From Paragordius varius (Eukaryota > Animalia > Nematomorpha): a DNA stretch of 64,000 bases. Numbering within the stretch: the first letter of the stretch is position 1; the number at the start of each line of letters is the position of its first letter. Shown here piece after piece: positions 62,874 to 64,000 of the stretch. Where the stretch lies: positions 4,216,001 to 4,280,000 of the forward strand of contig OZ176050.1 in assembly GCA_964247055.1 (NCBI GenBank). Direction: 5' to 3'. The notes beneath the pieces are model-generated. The model had not been told where the DNA came from. It did no database searches and saw nothing but the letters and a program-made list of their open reading frames with translations. A program made the translations under genes and the position numbers.

Positions 62874-64000
62874 ATGCCTAAAATAAGCCTGGATCCCGAA
62901 GATCGTGTAATCAAAAGTTTAGAGAAAAAACTTCATTTGAAACGAAAAAAAAGCGCTGTAATACCAAAATCTTTTAAGGATGATGGATTAGATTGTATAA
63001 TTAAGATTTTTATATCATAGATTTATTAAATATTTGCGAAAGAACGAAACAGTCAAAAAAAATAAAAAACGATATCCCTGAGTCTATTGTTAAGAAAAAA
63101 TCAAAGAAAAACATAGAAGATATTTACGGAAGAGATATTAATACTGTAAATGTTGTTTGTGAAGGGGAAAACGTTGATTTATCTCCTCTTAAATCAAAAA
63201 TTAATGGGGTATTTAATCGTTTGTCACACAATACATTGTCGTATTGTTTCGAAAACACGATTGAACTTTATCAAAGTAACAGTCGTCATAGCGTTAATGA
63301 TACAATCTTTAAAGTTGTTGAGAAAATTTTATCGGTCCAACGAAAACATGATCAAATTGTTTTAATAGAAATAGCCGCTTACATTATATTAATTAATCAA
63401 AAGCTTGGTGGCGATAATGGTAATTTTTTTGATAAATACCCTAATAGGTGCAATCTTTTTAGAAAATTTTACGAAAAACTTTTACCAATCTTATGAGCCA
63501 TTTAACAAAAACGTTGATCCTAAAAACGAAGAAAATTTGGATGAAAACAAATATTACATTATAAATATTTGTGGACTTTTAGCACATTTATTTAATTTCC
63601 AGGTATTATTTAATTTATAAAGGGTAAACAAAAAAGTATTTAGCAACTATATTAATAAAATTTAAATTGTTACCCCTAAATAATATTTATATCGCATTAT
63701 TAAACAGTCAAAATAGTATATTTTTACTAATATTAATTTTTATTCAAAAATTTAGTCAAATTAATGCAATATAAACTAAAATTAAATTGAAAATATAAGT
63801 TTATATGCGAAAGTATCTAAAAGGTTTTATATCAAATTCATGCTTATAAATTTCTTTAAATATTTAAACAAACAAAAGAATCAAATTTAGAATATTCATA
63901 TATTTTTTTTATCCTCTTTAGTTAATGAAAAGTCGACTCATTAACGATATAATAGCTTTGCACATAAAAAATGGTAAACACCTTGATTTAGAGATTATTT
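62874..64000 (+). CDS. NOM1: Nucleolar MIF4G domain protein 1 (Sgd1 orthologue), 5' part; exons 62874-62994, 63021-63419, 63448-63602, 63922-end
   Basis: IKSLEKKL...IPKSFKDDGLDYLL, EDIYGR, LKSKINGVFNRLS, IELYQSNSR, GAIFLE, LLAHLFNFQ match the NOM1 N-terminus and MIF4G domain. Confidence 0.88.

Overview
Very AT-rich eukaryotic genomic DNA, almost certainly from an animal (HEXIM, RASSF7/8-type and metazoan-type GPD2 genes); I cannot fix the taxon from sequence alone. I reconstructed by hand, from GT-AG boundaries and recalled similarity to human orthologues, nine conserved protein genes: GPD2 (-, runs off the left edge), VPS36 (+), THOC3 (-), HEXIM (+), RRP7A (-), VPS35 (-, 19 exons), CNDP2 (+), RASSF7/8-like (-) and NOM1 (+, runs off the right edge). 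There is also one tRNA-Asp(GTC), one orphan ORF and many transposon remnants (Ty3/gypsy, hAT, RTE-like LINE, TTAA-flanked piggyBac-type MITE). Main highlights: (1) nine spliceosomal micro-introns of 22-32 nt coexisting with kb-sized introns; (2) a ~5.8 kb gypsy fold-back inside THOC3 intron 4, with an 880-bp apparently identical core sharing the same RT-killing frameshift, plus a second 1.7 kb spacer-less hAT palindrome; (3) eight copies of one piggyBac-type MITE, all in 5' flanks of genes, the nearest copy 50-360 bp from five different start codons; (4) a HEXIM whose PYNT motif reads PKND, and 4 kb away an unassigned ~105-nt structured, Pol III-like RNA candidate. All identities and alignments were judged by eye; no database search or folding program was run.
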